From Candidatus Marinacidobacterales bacterium (GTDB lineage: Bacteria > Acidobacteriota > Vicinamibacteria > Marinacidobacterales > DATDRI01), in NCBI GenBank assembly GCA_965226495.1, contig OZ245365.1:4096001-4160000 (forward strand): a stretch of DNA of 64,000 nucleotides. The letters run 5' to 3'. Positions 38,621 to 48,290 of this stretch are shown piece by piece. The position numbers and the translations under genes are program-made. Under the pieces are notes generated by a model that was not told where the DNA came from, made no database searches, and saw nothing but the letters and a program-made list of their open reading frames with translations. Numbering within the stretch: position 1 is the first letter of the stretch; each line of letters opens with the position of its first letter.

Positions 38621-40450
38621 ATGATCGTCTTGATGTTTGTCGCGCTGCTCCAGGGTTCTATCGACCGCGCCATCCTCGAGACCGAAGACCGACGCGCCGA
38701 AGACGCATCGGTTATCCTAAAAGCACTGGTGTACTCTGATCCCGACGTTCAGCGACTGGCAGTGCGAGCCCTCGGTCGATTGGAGCAACCCCGATACGCC
38801 GACGCGTTAACTCCACTCCTGCGCTCACCCGACAGGGCTGTTCGCATGGAGGCTATCAACGCCCTCGGCCAAATGGGAACCGAACTCGACTTGAGTTTGC
38901 CGCTCGCCGATGAGCAGGACGATGAGGTCCGTGGCGTTTACTACGAAACCATCGGGAGACTTCCCCTCGCCGGCCAGGGGTTGCCTGCCAAGCTCGTTAA
39001 GGGCCTTCAAGAGCCTGGACCCCACGCCCGCACCGGCGCAGCCAAGGGCCTGGAGTCGTACTTCCGCTTAACCGAAAATAAACCCCGGCTCGAGACCCTC
39101 ACCGCTCTACGAGAGGCACTCCGAGCGAATGACTCGTCCACGTTGCGCCAACTGGTTCTATTGACTCTGAACCGCGCCGAAGACCGAGACGCCGCAACCC
39201 TCACCGAAGCCCTGACCGACGGCGATCCCTTGGTGAGGCGTCTGGCCATCATCGGCCTCGAAGTATCAAGCGACGACCCCTCGCCCATCATCCGCTACGA
39301 AAGCTTGAAGGTATCGAAAAATTGCGAGCAGGCCGAGTCGGCTCTTCAAGACCCGAGCGAGCACGTCGTCTTGTTGGCGATCGAACACCTGGGAAACAAC
39401 TGTTCTGCCGAGCGGCTCATAAAGCTGACCGACGAAGGCAAGGATTGGCGACGACAAACGAGAGCGCTCGTTTCTCTGGCCCGCGTGAATCCCGAAGCGG
39501 CAAGAGAACGCCTGTCGACATTCCGCGACCACTCGACCTGGCAGGCCCGCACCTATGCAGCGGCAGCCGCCAAGATATCGGAAGACGAAAAGACCCTCGA
39601 GATCCTCCGACGAGATGCACATCCCAATGTAGTCGCAGCCGCGTTGGTCAGCCCCCTCGACGCGGTGGACGCCTTGGAGAGTCCCGACTACGGTCTGCTG
39701 ATGACGGCACTGGAACGACTACAGGGCTGGCCACAGGGTGGTGCCGCCGTTCCAGCGCTTCTCGAATCGCTAAAGCGAGTGAGCGACCAGAAGCGCGCCA
39801 CCTCCCGGGACCCTCGCCGACAAATACTGGAGCGACTGCGCGAGTACGGCGATGAGAACATCGGCGACAAGCTTCGCTACCTCCTTTCGGACTTCGATCC
39901 TGTCATTGCCGCGCTCGCCGCCGAGATCATTTCTGAGAAGAGTGGACGCACCATCTCACCGCTCACGCTTCGTTTAGAAACAGAGCCATTGCCCCCCCCG
40001 AGCGTCCTCGAAGCCCTCGACGGCGCACGGGCTCGAATCCAAATGAGGGACGCCGGAAGCTTCACCCTCGAGCTCATTCCTGAAGAGGCACCGATAACGG
40101 TCGCTACTTTCGTGCGACTGGCCGAGCAGGGTTATTACGATGGGCTCACGTTTCACCGCATCGTTCCCAACTTCGTCATCCAAGGAGGCAGTCCGGGAGC
40201 CAACGAGTATGCGGGAACCGCTGGATACATTCGAGATGAGGTAGGGCTCTTGTCGCACGAAAGAGGAACGGTCGGGATATCGACGCGCGGCCGCGATACA
40301 GGCGACAGCCAGATCTTCATCAACTTAGTCGACAACTACCGTCTGGATCACAACTACACGGTCTTCGCTAAAGTGGTAGACGGAATGCACGCCGTGGACC
40401 AAATTCAGGAGGACGACATCATCGAATCCATCGAGATCGCGAGAAAGTAG
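38621..40450 (+). CDS. HEAT-repeat protein fused to cyclophilin-type PPIase
   Basis: Repeated D.D..VR..A..ALG units; FHRIVPNFVIQGG and DTGDSQIFINL. Confidence 0.88.
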   Translation: MIVLMFVALLQGSIDRAILETEDRRAEDASVILKALVYSDPDVQRLAVRALGRLEQPRYADALTPLLRSPDRAVRMEAINALGQMGTELDLSLPLADEQDDEVRGVYYETIGRLPLAGQGLPAKLVKGLQEPGPHARTGAAKGLESYFRLTENKPRLETLTALREALRANDSSTLRQLVLLTLNRAEDRDAATLTEALTDGDPLVRRLAIIGLEVSSDDPSPIIRYESLKVSKNCEQAESALQDPSEHVVLLAIEHLGNNCSAERLIKLTDEGKDWRRQTRALVSLARVNPEAARERLSTFRDHSTWQARTYAAAAAKISEDEKTLEILRRDAHPNVVAAALVSPLDAVDALESPDYGLLMTALERLQGWPQGGAAVPALLESLKRVSDQKRATSRDPRRQILERLREYGDENIGDKLRYLLSDFDPVIAALAAEIISEKSGRTISPLTLRLETEPLPPPSVLEALDGARARIQMRDAGSFTLELIPEEAPITVATFVRLAEQGYYDGLTFHRIVPNFVIQGGSPGANEYAGTAGYIRDEVGLLSHERGTVGISTRGRDTGDSQIFINLVDNYRLDHNYTVFAKVVDGMHAVDQIQEDDIIESIEIARK

Positions 40451-40452
40451 GA

Positions 40453-42285
40453 ATGGGATACAGAAGTCTTCGTGAATGTATCCTCGATCTCGAACAGAAC
40501 GGCCACTTGGTCCGGGTAACCGAGAAAGTCGATCCGCATCTCGAGATGGCGGAGGTCCAGAGACGGGTGTACGAGGCCCAGGGGCCGGCGATCTTCTTCG
40601 AGAACGTGAAGGGCTGTCGCTTTCCCGCTGTCTCGAATCTCTTCGGCACACTCGAACGTAGCCGCTTCTTGTTCCGAGATGCTTTGGATCGAGTGACGAG
40701 GATCGTCCAACTGAAGGCCGATCCCTCGCGCGCGTGGCGAGCGCCACTTACTTTCCTGTCCTCTCCTTATACCGCTTTGACCTCCTTGCCAATGGAGGTG
40801 TCCGACGGACCAGTGCTCGAGGAGACAACCACCCTCGACCAGTTACCTCAGATCAAGAACTGGCCCGACGATGGTGGTCCGTTCATCACGCTGGGCCAAG
40901 TCTATACGGAGAACCCCGACCGCGGGGGTGTCATGAGCTCGAATGTCGGGATGTACCGAATACAACTCGCGGGAAACCGGTACCGCGCCGGAAAGGAAAT
41001 CGGCCTTCACTATCAGATCCACCGAGGAATCGGAGTGCACCACGCCATCGCCGTCCGACGCGGAGAATCGCTCAAGGTAAGTGTTTTCATCGGTGGTCCC
41101 CCGGCCCACACATTGGGCGCGGTGATGCCGTTACCGGAGGCTCTCACCGAGCTCCTGTTCGTCGGAATGCTCGGCGGGCGGCGTTTTCGCTACACGATGA
41201 GGGATGGCTTCGTCATCTCATCCGACGCCGACTTTTGTGTTACCGGGACGATCGACCCGAATCGGACTCTGCCCGAGGGTCCCTTCGGGGATCACCTCGG
41301 TTACTACAGTCTCGCGCACGACTTCCCGGTTCTCACGGTCGACAAGGTTTATCACCGGAGGAATCCTATCTGGCCCTTCACCGTGGTGGGGCGCCCTCCT
41401 CAGGAAGATACGTCCTTCGGAGCACTGATCCATGAGATCACCCAACCGATGGTCCCGGTCGAGCTCCCGGGCGTGAAAACCATTCACGCCGTGGACGCCG
41501 CCGGCGTCCATCCGCTACTCCTCGCGATCGGAAGCGAGCGCTACGTCCCCTACAGTGAACGGAGGCCGCAAGAGCTTCTCACCATCGCCAACGCCATCCT
41601 CGGCTTCGGGCAGTGCTCGTTGGCTAAGTACCTCTTCATCATTGCCGGCGAAGATGACCCGCAGATGGACATTCATGACGTCGAAGCCTTTTTTTATCAC
41701 ACGTTGGAGCGAGTCGACTGGACTCGAGATCTCCATTTCCAGACCCGCACCACCATCGACACGTTAGATTATTCCGGCACCGGGTTGAATTCGGGCTCCA
41801 AGGTCGTCGTCGCGGCGGCGGGACGCAAGAGACGGGAGCTCGCAAACGAACTGCCGTCGCGCCTGGAGCTGCGGGATGGCTATACCGGCAACAAGCTGGC
41901 GATGCCGGGGGTCCTCGTCGTGCAGGGACCCCGTTTCTCGGAATACGAACACGCAGCCAAAGAGCTGGAGGCCTTCACTCACCATCTCGACAAGAGTAGT
42001 GACCTAGAAGGTATGCCCCTTATTGTCTTGACGGACGACGCCGACTTCACGGCGGAGAGCCTGCGCAACTTCCTCTGGGTAACCTTTACCCGCTCCAACC
42101 CTTCCCATGATATCCGTGGAGTCGGAACCTTCATCGAGCACAAACATTGGGGTTGCCGCAAATCCTTAATCATCGATGCACGACTCAAGCCGCACCACGC
42201 TCCGCCACTCATAGAAGATCCCGCGGTCGCGAAGAGAGTCGATTCCCTAGCCGCCAAGGGCAAGAGTTTGCACGGGATCTGGTGA
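40453..42285 (+). CDS. UbiD family (prFMN-dependent) decarboxylase
   Basis: NVGMYRIQ, PEGPFGDHLGYYS, GRPPQED and DTLDYS motifs. Confidence 0.9.
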   Translation: MGYRSLRECILDLEQNGHLVRVTEKVDPHLEMAEVQRRVYEAQGPAIFFENVKGCRFPAVSNLFGTLERSRFLFRDALDRVTRIVQLKADPSRAWRAPLTFLSSPYTALTSLPMEVSDGPVLEETTTLDQLPQIKNWPDDGGPFITLGQVYTENPDRGGVMSSNVGMYRIQLAGNRYRAGKEIGLHYQIHRGIGVHHAIAVRRGESLKVSVFIGGPPAHTLGAVMPLPEALTELLFVGMLGGRRFRYTMRDGFVISSDADFCVTGTIDPNRTLPEGPFGDHLGYYSLAHDFPVLTVDKVYHRRNPIWPFTVVGRPPQEDTSFGALIHEITQPMVPVELPGVKTIHAVDAAGVHPLLLAIGSERYVPYSERRPQELLTIANAILGFGQCSLAKYLFIIAGEDDPQMDIHDVEAFFYHTLERVDWTRDLHFQTRTTIDTLDYSGTGLNSGSKVVVAAAGRKRRELANELPSRLELRDGYTGNKLAMPGVLVVQGPRFSEYEHAAKELEAFTHHLDKSSDLEGMPLIVLTDDADFTAESLRNFLWVTFTRSNPSHDIRGVGTFIEHKHWGCRKSLIIDARLKPHHAPPLIEDPAVAKRVDSLAAKGKSLHGIW

Positions 42286-42341
42286 ATAGCCATAATTAGT
42301 AGACACTCAGACCGCAAACCGCACCCTACGGAGCAGAGTTT

Positions 42342-43232
42342 TTGACGACGCCGGGAACGCCCGTAAGTGATGATCGCGACAAGCTCGATCTCTCCTTTGA
42401 GTTCTATCCTCCTAAGACCGAGAAAGGCGAAAAGGCCCTCGCCAAGACCGTCGACCGCCTCGCTCAGCTGAATCCGGACTTCGTCTCGGTCACGTTTGGC
42501 GCCGGCGGCAGCGTGCGGGAAGGGACGTTTCAAACCTGCCTCAGCATCGCCAAACAATCAGGACTCACCGCCGCGCCCCATATATCTTGCGTGGGCTCAA
42601 CCAAGGTGATTCTAGGGAATTACCTCGAACGCTATCGAGACGCCGGCTTCAACAGCCTATTCGTCTTGCGGGGAGACGTTCCGAGTGACAAGTCGACGTC
42701 ACGAATCGGCGATTTCTCGCACGCCAACGAACTGGTCGCCTTCGTCAAGGACTTCGGAGGCTTCAAGATCAACGTCGCGTGTTATCCTGAGTTTCATCCG
42801 GAGTCTTCGGATCCGCGAAAGGACCTTGAGCACTTCGTCCGCAAGGTGGACGCTGGAGCAGATGTCGCGGTCACTCAGTATTTCTTCAACAACGCTTCCT
42901 ACTACCGCTTCGTCGAGGATGTACGTCGCATGGGCGTCAAGATCCCCATCGTGGTCGGCTTGATGCCCATCGTGAACTTTGCGCAGATAGCCAGCTTTTC
43001 CGAGAAGTGCGGCGCCGATTTGCCTCTTTGGATACGCAAACGCATGGAGGTCTACCAGGACGACCCGCGGTCACAGCTCGAGCTGGGCGTCGAGATCGCC
43101 ACGCAACAGGCGGAGGATCTCTTGCGAAATGGAGCCCCCGGAATGCACTTCTACACCCTCAACAAGGCCGAAGCCTCGGTTCGCATCTGGGAGCAGCTAG
43201 GCTTACCCAAGTCTCGAACACCTCAAGGGTAA
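42342..43232 (+). CDS. metF: 5,10-methylenetetrahydrofolate reductase
   Basis: SFEFYPPK, SVTFGAGG, LRGD, YPEFHP, TQYFF and HFYTLN motifs. Confidence 0.95.
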   Translation: MTTPGTPVSDDRDKLDLSFEFYPPKTEKGEKALAKTVDRLAQLNPDFVSVTFGAGGSVREGTFQTCLSIAKQSGLTAAPHISCVGSTKVILGNYLERYRDAGFNSLFVLRGDVPSDKSTSRIGDFSHANELVAFVKDFGGFKINVACYPEFHPESSDPRKDLEHFVRKVDAGADVAVTQYFFNNASYYRFVEDVRRMGVKIPIVVGLMPIVNFAQIASFSEKCGADLPLWIRKRMEVYQDDPRSQLELGVEIATQQAEDLLRNGAPGMHFYTLNKAEASVRIWEQLGLPKSRTPQG

Positions 43233-43276
43233 CTGCGCGTCTGTGATAGACTGACCGCTCGAATTTGCACGGATGA

Positions 43277-43521
43277 GAGCCTTCAGCCCGCGCGGAGCCT
43301 TCAGCTGCCCGCGCAGCGCGAAGCGCGCAGCAGCCCGGCGACGGGGGTGGGGCCCCAGGCCATTGTTAGGAGCCTTCAGCCCGCGCGCAGTCGCCTGCCG
43401 ACGGAGCGCGAGGCCTGGGGGTGGGACCCCAGGCCATTGTTAGGAGCCTTCAGCTGCCGCGCAGCGCGAAGCGCGCAGCAGCCCGGCGACGGGGGTGGGG
43501 CCCCAGGCCATTAATAGAGGA
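43277..43521 (+). repeat. Tandem A-B-A array of about 74-75-bp units carrying GGGGGTGGG(G/A)CCCCAGGCCATT
   Basis: GAGCCTTCAGC at 43277, 43295, 43370 and 43444; G/C motif at 43343, 43417 and 43491. Confidence 0.9.
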
Positions 43522-43527
43522 GATCAA

Positions 43528-43959
43528 ATGAAAATCGCTACCATCGCTACCAACCGCGGAACCATTCGCCTACAGCTCCACGAGGATAAGACCCCTCGTA
43601 CGGTCGCCAACTTCGAAAAGCTCGTCGGCGACGGCTTCTACAACAAACTCACATTTCATCGAGTGCTCCCCGATTTCATGGTTCAGGCGGGCTGTCCGGA
43701 GGGTACCGGAACCGGCGGTCCAGGCTATACCTTCGAGGACGAGTTTCATTCCGATCTCAAGCACACCGGCCCAGGCGTGCTCTCGATGGCCAATGCCGGC
43801 CCCAACACCAACGGCTCTCAGTTCTTCATCACTCACGTACCAACGCCTTGGCTCGACGGCAAGCATTCCGTCTTCGGTCAGGTGCTTTCGGGCCAAGACG
43901 TCGTGGATGCGGTACAACAAGGAGACGTGATGGAGAGCATTACCATCAGCGAAGAATGA
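43528..43959 (+). CDS. Cyclophilin-type peptidyl-prolyl isomerase
   Basis: [31 protein letters not shown] and WLDGKH motifs. Confidence 0.95.
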   Translation: MKIATIATNRGTIRLQLHEDKTPRTVANFEKLVGDGFYNKLTFHRVLPDFMVQAGCPEGTGTGGPGYTFEDEFHSDLKHTGPGVLSMANAGPNTNGSQFFITHVPTPWLDGKHSVFGQVLSGQDVVDAVQQGDVMESITISEE

Positions 43960-44013
43960 GACATTCCGTTTCGCTTTAGGGTCCGCCCCTTCCCAATCCT
44001 AGAGCAGCCTTCC

Positions 44014-45435
44014 ATGGAAACGCAGAGCCAGAGCCTGAACACCCATCAGAAAGCCCTCCGCGTCAACCTCGACAGCAACAAGTACGGAACCTTTGCCGAG
44101 ATCGGCGCCGGACAAGAAGTAGCACGCTGGTTCTTCAGAGTCGGAGGAGCCTCGGGAACGATCGCCAAGACCATCAGCGCCTATGACATGGCGTTCAGTG
44201 ATGCGATTTACGGGACCGCCGATCGTTACGTCAGTCGAAGCCGGTTGGTAGCCATGCTGGATCACGAGTATCGGCTGCTCGAAGAGCGGTTGCGAAATAA
44301 GCGGGGAGAGAACTCCCAGTTCTTTGTCTTTGCCGACACCATCGCCGCCAGCAGTTATTCGAGACGAGGTGCCGGAAACGGCTGGCTTGGCGTGCGCTGC
44401 TTGATGCAGCCTGGAACCACTCCCTCTGAAATCATCATCCACGTGCGGCTTTTGGACAAAGACAACTTGCGGCAACAGGAGGCGCTCGGCATCCTGGGCG
44501 TCAACCTCGTCTACGGCGCGTTTTACCTACATCATGATCCGGGGTTACTGCTCGGCTGTTTGCTCGACGGCTTGAGCGAAGAGCGGCTCGAAGTAGATAT
44601 GGCCGCTTTTAGTGGCCCCGCCTTCGGAGATGTGGACAACCGGCTCATGAGCTTGCAGTTGGTTCACCGTGGACTCACCGGAGCCGCCATGTTCAACGCT
44701 CAGGGTGAGGCGGTGCAGCCGGCGGACGTCTTTTACAAGAAGAATGTCTTGGTCGAAAGAGGAAGCTTTCGACCCGTGACCAAGGCCACTGCAGACATGT
44801 TTCAGTGCGCGCAGAAAGCGTTCTTCTCAGAGCCGGACGTGCGTGAGGACGAGACCATCGCCATCGCCGAGTTAACATTGAGAGATCTCGTTCGCAAAGG
44901 AGAGATCGATGACAAGGATTTTCTCGACCGGGCTGATACGCTCGGTGCCTTGGGGGCGACGGTACTCATTTCTCGCTACGGTAGATACTTCCGCCTTGCC
45001 GAGTACCTATTCGGCCTAACCAAGAAGAAAATCGCCATGGTCATGGGTATTCCGAGTCTGCAGGAGGTCTTCCTCGAAAAATACTACGAAGACCTCGGAG
45101 GCGGGATCTTGGAATCCCTTGGACGTCTGTTCAAGAACGAGCTCAAGCTTTACATCTACCCCACCAAGGACGAAGCCACCGGGAAGCTCATCACTGCCGA
45201 GACGCTTCAGGTCGAGCCTCATTTACGGCACCTCTATGCTCATCTCTACGAGAGTCACGGCATCGAAGACCTAGGGGGATGCAACGTGGAATATTTGCCG
45301 ATCTTCCCAGCCGAGGTCATCGAAAAGATTCAAAGCGGAGACGCCTCCTGGCAGGAATTGGTCCCCGACCAAGTCGCCGAGCTGATCAAAGAACGCGGGA
45401 TGTTCTCCTACTCCGCCCCCAGTACAAAGAAGTGA
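44014..45435 (+). CDS. Conserved cytoplasmic protein with CinA-like N-terminus and degenerate NadD-like C-terminal domain
   Basis: FAEIGAGQEVARWFF..GGASGT and RGSFRPVT motifs. No signal peptide or barrel features. Confidence 0.65.
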   Translation: METQSQSLNTHQKALRVNLDSNKYGTFAEIGAGQEVARWFFRVGGASGTIAKTISAYDMAFSDAIYGTADRYVSRSRLVAMLDHEYRLLEERLRNKRGENSQFFVFADTIAASSYSRRGAGNGWLGVRCLMQPGTTPSEIIIHVRLLDKDNLRQQEALGILGVNLVYGAFYLHHDPGLLLGCLLDGLSEERLEVDMAAFSGPAFGDVDNRLMSLQLVHRGLTGAAMFNAQGEAVQPADVFYKKNVLVERGSFRPVTKATADMFQCAQKAFFSEPDVREDETIAIAELTLRDLVRKGEIDDKDFLDRADTLGALGATVLISRYGRYFRLAEYLFGLTKKKIAMVMGIPSLQEVFLEKYYEDLGGGILESLGRLFKNELKLYIYPTKDEATGKLITAETLQVEPHLRHLYAHLYESHGIEDLGGCNVEYLPIFPAEVIEKIQSGDASWQELVPDQVAELIKERGMFSYSAPSTKK

Positions 45436-46238
45436 ACGGAAAGGTTCACTCGACCGATCGAGTTCCCATCCACTATCGCGTCGAGGGCGACGGCACGCTG
45501 GACTTGGTGTTCGTCCACTGTTGGACTTGCGATTGTCGCTTCGGGGAGCAACAGGTGGCCCACTTCGCGAGTCGGCATCGCGTCGTGACCCTTGACCTCG
45601 CCGGCCATGGCCGATCCGGTCGCAATCGCGAGGAATGGACCATGTCCGCGTTTGGCGACGATGTGCGAGCGGTCATCGAGGTCTTGGAGCTAGACCGCAT
45701 CGTTTTGATAGGTCACTCGATGGGCGGGCCGGTCGTCCTGGAGGCGGCGCGTGGGATTCCCGAAGAACGGCTGCTCGGCGTGATCCCTGTCGATTCTCTT
45801 CACGATCTCCGCGAGGCAATGGATTCTTCGACGATCGACGAGCAGCTTCAGAGATTCAGCCACGACTACCAATCGGCGACCGCGCGTCTGGTCCGGGAAG
45901 TACTCTTCCTCCCCTCCTCGAACCCTACGCTCGTGGAGCGGGTCGTTCGAAACGCAACTTCCGCGCCAGAGAGGATCGCGATCTCCGCCTTGCGAAGCGC
46001 TTGGGCCTACGACGCCCAGCAGGCGGCGGCTGAGGTCCGGGCCCCCATCCGAGCCATCAACACCGACCTATTCCCCACGAACGAAGAAGGGAACCAGCAG
46101 CTTTGCCGAGACTATTCAGTTGTGATCATGGAAGGCCTGGGTCACTATCCGATGCTAGAAGATCCAGGAGGCTTCAACCAAGCCCTCGAAGACGTGTTGA
46201 GAGAGCTCGAGACCCGAGCGAACGGAGTCAAGCGATGA
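45432..46238 (+). CDS. Alpha/beta hydrolase
   Basis: DLAGHGRS, GHSMGG and GHYPMLEDP motifs; GTGA overlap start. Confidence 0.88.
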   Translation: MNGKVHSTDRVPIHYRVEGDGTLDLVFVHCWTCDCRFGEQQVAHFASRHRVVTLDLAGHGRSGRNREEWTMSAFGDDVRAVIEVLELDRIVLIGHSMGGPVVLEAARGIPEERLLGVIPVDSLHDLREAMDSSTIDEQLQRFSHDYQSATARLVREVLFLPSSNPTLVERVVRNATSAPERIAISALRSAWAYDAQQAAAEVRAPIRAINTDLFPTNEEGNQQLCRDYSVVIMEGLGHYPMLEDPGGFNQALEDVLRELETRANGVKR

Positions 46239-46618
46239 GATACAGTCTAGCGGCAGGTCTCCTCCTTCTCACCTTGGCTTGCCCCGCTTGCGACGAGGCG
46301 CTCGACCGAAGCTCGACGAAGCAACCTGCCCCGCTGAAGCAGAGTACTGAGGATTCCGGCCAGGTCACGATTAGCGGCAGCTCGACCGGCTCAGAAGGGG
46401 AGTCGATCAAACTGACCGCCAACGTCGCCAACGCCAGAGGGAACTTGGATTACGATTGGAGACTCGACGGACGCGGCTCGCTGGTGAGTCGCCGATCGGA
46501 CCCGAAAAACGCGACGGTGATTGCGTCGACCCCGGGAACCCTCTTTGTCACCGTGACGGTATCCGAAGGCGGCGTCGAGATCGGCAGTGCGCGCCTAACG
46601 CTCCGGATCACCGACTGA
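46235..46618 (+). CDS. Small putative lipoprotein with Ig/PKD-like beta domain
   Basis: Lipobox LTLAC; beta pattern LTANV...YDW...VTVTVS. Confidence 0.6.
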   Translation: MRYSLAAGLLLLTLACPACDEALDRSSTKQPAPLKQSTEDSGQVTISGSSTGSEGESIKLTANVANARGNLDYDWRLDGRGSLVSRRSDPKNATVIASTPGTLFVTVTVSEGGVEIGSARLTLRITD

Positions 46619-48280
46619 CCCTTCGGCCAGCGAAGTCTCTCGCTCGATCCCTACGACGGATTGCCCACCATCCCTGCGCAAATAGACTTCGACCGCCTTG
46701 CCCCAGTTCGGTTCGTCCTCGCTCCGAGTCCGGATGCAGACCATCAGATAGTCGGCGCCGCTGTCCGGCACGCGAAGACTCGGCTCGGCAGACTCATCTC
46801 TCTGACCGAAAGAGGTGAGTTTCGAAGACTGGTTATCGAACACGAACCACTCGTACTCGTAGGCTTGGACCTCAGCCAAGTTGTGCTCTTGGCCGAGATT
46901 TCGAAACTCGAGCGTCGAACCGTCCACACGAAAGTCATCCAGGGGGTTCAGCTGCCGAAAGTAGTGGGCGACCACTTTGTCACGACGCTCGATGATGATA
47001 TCGGCGAGGAAACGTTCCGACTCGGAGTTCAGATAGATCCCACGGTGAACGATGGCACGGATCGCCTCGTCGGAGAAGCGCGCGATGATCTTGGCTGCCC
47101 AGAAGGCATCGTCGGGGAGCATCCGATCGAACGCCGGATTGGGATACTCCGGTTTCCAAGTGTGGGGCTCGAAAAAATCCGCCTCGATGCGTCCGACCTC
47201 GGCGAACTGGGGGTACGCGTACTTCACGTTCATCCAGGGCCGTTCCCACACGCCGAAGGTGTAGGCCGTCTTCAACATCGGCGGGATCTCGAAAAGATAT
47301 TCGTTACCCGCCCGGGGATCCTGAGGCGAGAGGTTCCTCTTGACGTCCGAGCCGCTGCCCAGAATCGAACCGAAGTCGATGAGGTAATGTTTTACGTAGC
47401 CAAGGCCTTCTTCGCCAACAAACGTATCCATCGTGTTGATGCTTCGGGAATCGTCATGATTGAGCCAGGCACAGAAGACCCGGTAGCCGCGAAGCTCCCG
47501 GCGGTGCTGGTGCGGAAAGATGTCGTTGCCATCGTCGCCTCGCGTCCCGTAAAACCTGAACGGCCCCAGAAGCTTACCCGGAAGCATGAGGCTCGCGACG
47601 GCGCGAACGCTGCCATCGGGGTGATGCGCAGCCTGTTGCAGCATCAACTCGACGTACTCCTCGTCGAGCGGCGCCTTCTTGCCGCCGGGAAGAGAAACCT
47701 CGGCACCCGGCTCGATGGCGAAGTCCTCGGACCGAAAATAGACAATGTAGTTCTCCGGCACGTTGAAGCCGAAGGCGTGGAAAAACAATTTGCCGATGAC
47801 GTCCACCGAGGTCGACAAATTGGGATGAGCCCTCGGATCGAATTTGACGAAGTAGATGTTCCCGCGACGGTCTCGAACGATAACACCGGGAGTAATGCCA
47901 CCTTGTTTTCCAGACGTGATCGTCACCGGCTCCGAGAGATCGGGGCGGCCGACTAGGTTCGGCCCTTTGACCAACTCTTCGATGGACATCGTGCGGGCGC
48001 TCATGCGGTTCGTGAACCAGCTCGAGTCGGGGACCTCACCGAGCGTATTGATATTCAGCGCTTTCGGTATGGGCCCCTCGAGCTTGTTCACGAAGGAGTT
48101 TTCCAAAACGTCATAGGTCGGGCTGAGCTCTAGCTCCGCCGGCGCAGGGATCGGGATGTCGTCGCGATCTTCTTTTATCGGATCGTCGGGATAGAACTTC
48201 TGAGCATGGCCGACGCCCGCGTAAAGAAAAATAGCTAGCCCTGCCACTACTACTGGCTGGATGTGACGGACCGATCTCAT
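46595..48280 (-). CDS. Exported protein with atypical protein-kinase-like fold
   Basis: Signal peptide ending GHA/Q; GGITPG, YFVKFD, NHDDSRSIN and YLIDFGS motifs. Confidence 0.7.
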   Translation of the reverse strand: MRSVRHIQPVVVAGLAIFLYAGVGHAQKFYPDDPIKEDRDDIPIPAPAELELSPTYDVLENSFVNKLEGPIPKALNINTLGEVPDSSWFTNRMSARTMSIEELVKGPNLVGRPDLSEPVTITSGKQGGITPGVIVRDRRGNIYFVKFDPRAHPNLSTSVDVIGKLFFHAFGFNVPENYIVYFRSEDFAIEPGAEVSLPGGKKAPLDEEYVELMLQQAAHHPDGSVRAVASLMLPGKLLGPFRFYGTRGDDGNDIFPHQHRRELRGYRVFCAWLNHDDSRSINTMDTFVGEEGLGYVKHYLIDFGSILGSGSDVKRNLSPQDPRAGNEYLFEIPPMLKTAYTFGVWERPWMNVKYAYPQFAEVGRIEADFFEPHTWKPEYPNPAFDRMLPDDAFWAAKIIARFSDEAIRAIVHRGIYLNSESERFLADIIIERRDKVVAHYFRQLNPLDDFRVDGSTLEFRNLGQEHNLAEVQAYEYEWFVFDNQSSKLTSFGQRDESAEPSLRVPDSGADYLMVCIRTRSEDEPNWGKAVEVYLRRDGGQSVVGIERETSLAEGSVGDPER

Positions 48281-48290
48281 TGCCGTCTCC

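Noticed and set aside
42286-42341. SAM or SAH riboswitch before metF
   Set aside because: The gap is only 56 bp and has no recognisable aptamer motifs.
43277-43521. CRISPR array
   Set aside because: Only about three units, spacers 1 and 3 are near-identical, the core motif is dispersed elsewhere in the window, and there are no cas genes or AT-rich leader.
46661-47956. 431-aa plus-strand ORF
   Set aside because: Antisense shadow of the kinase-like gene, with no RBS or recognisable domain.
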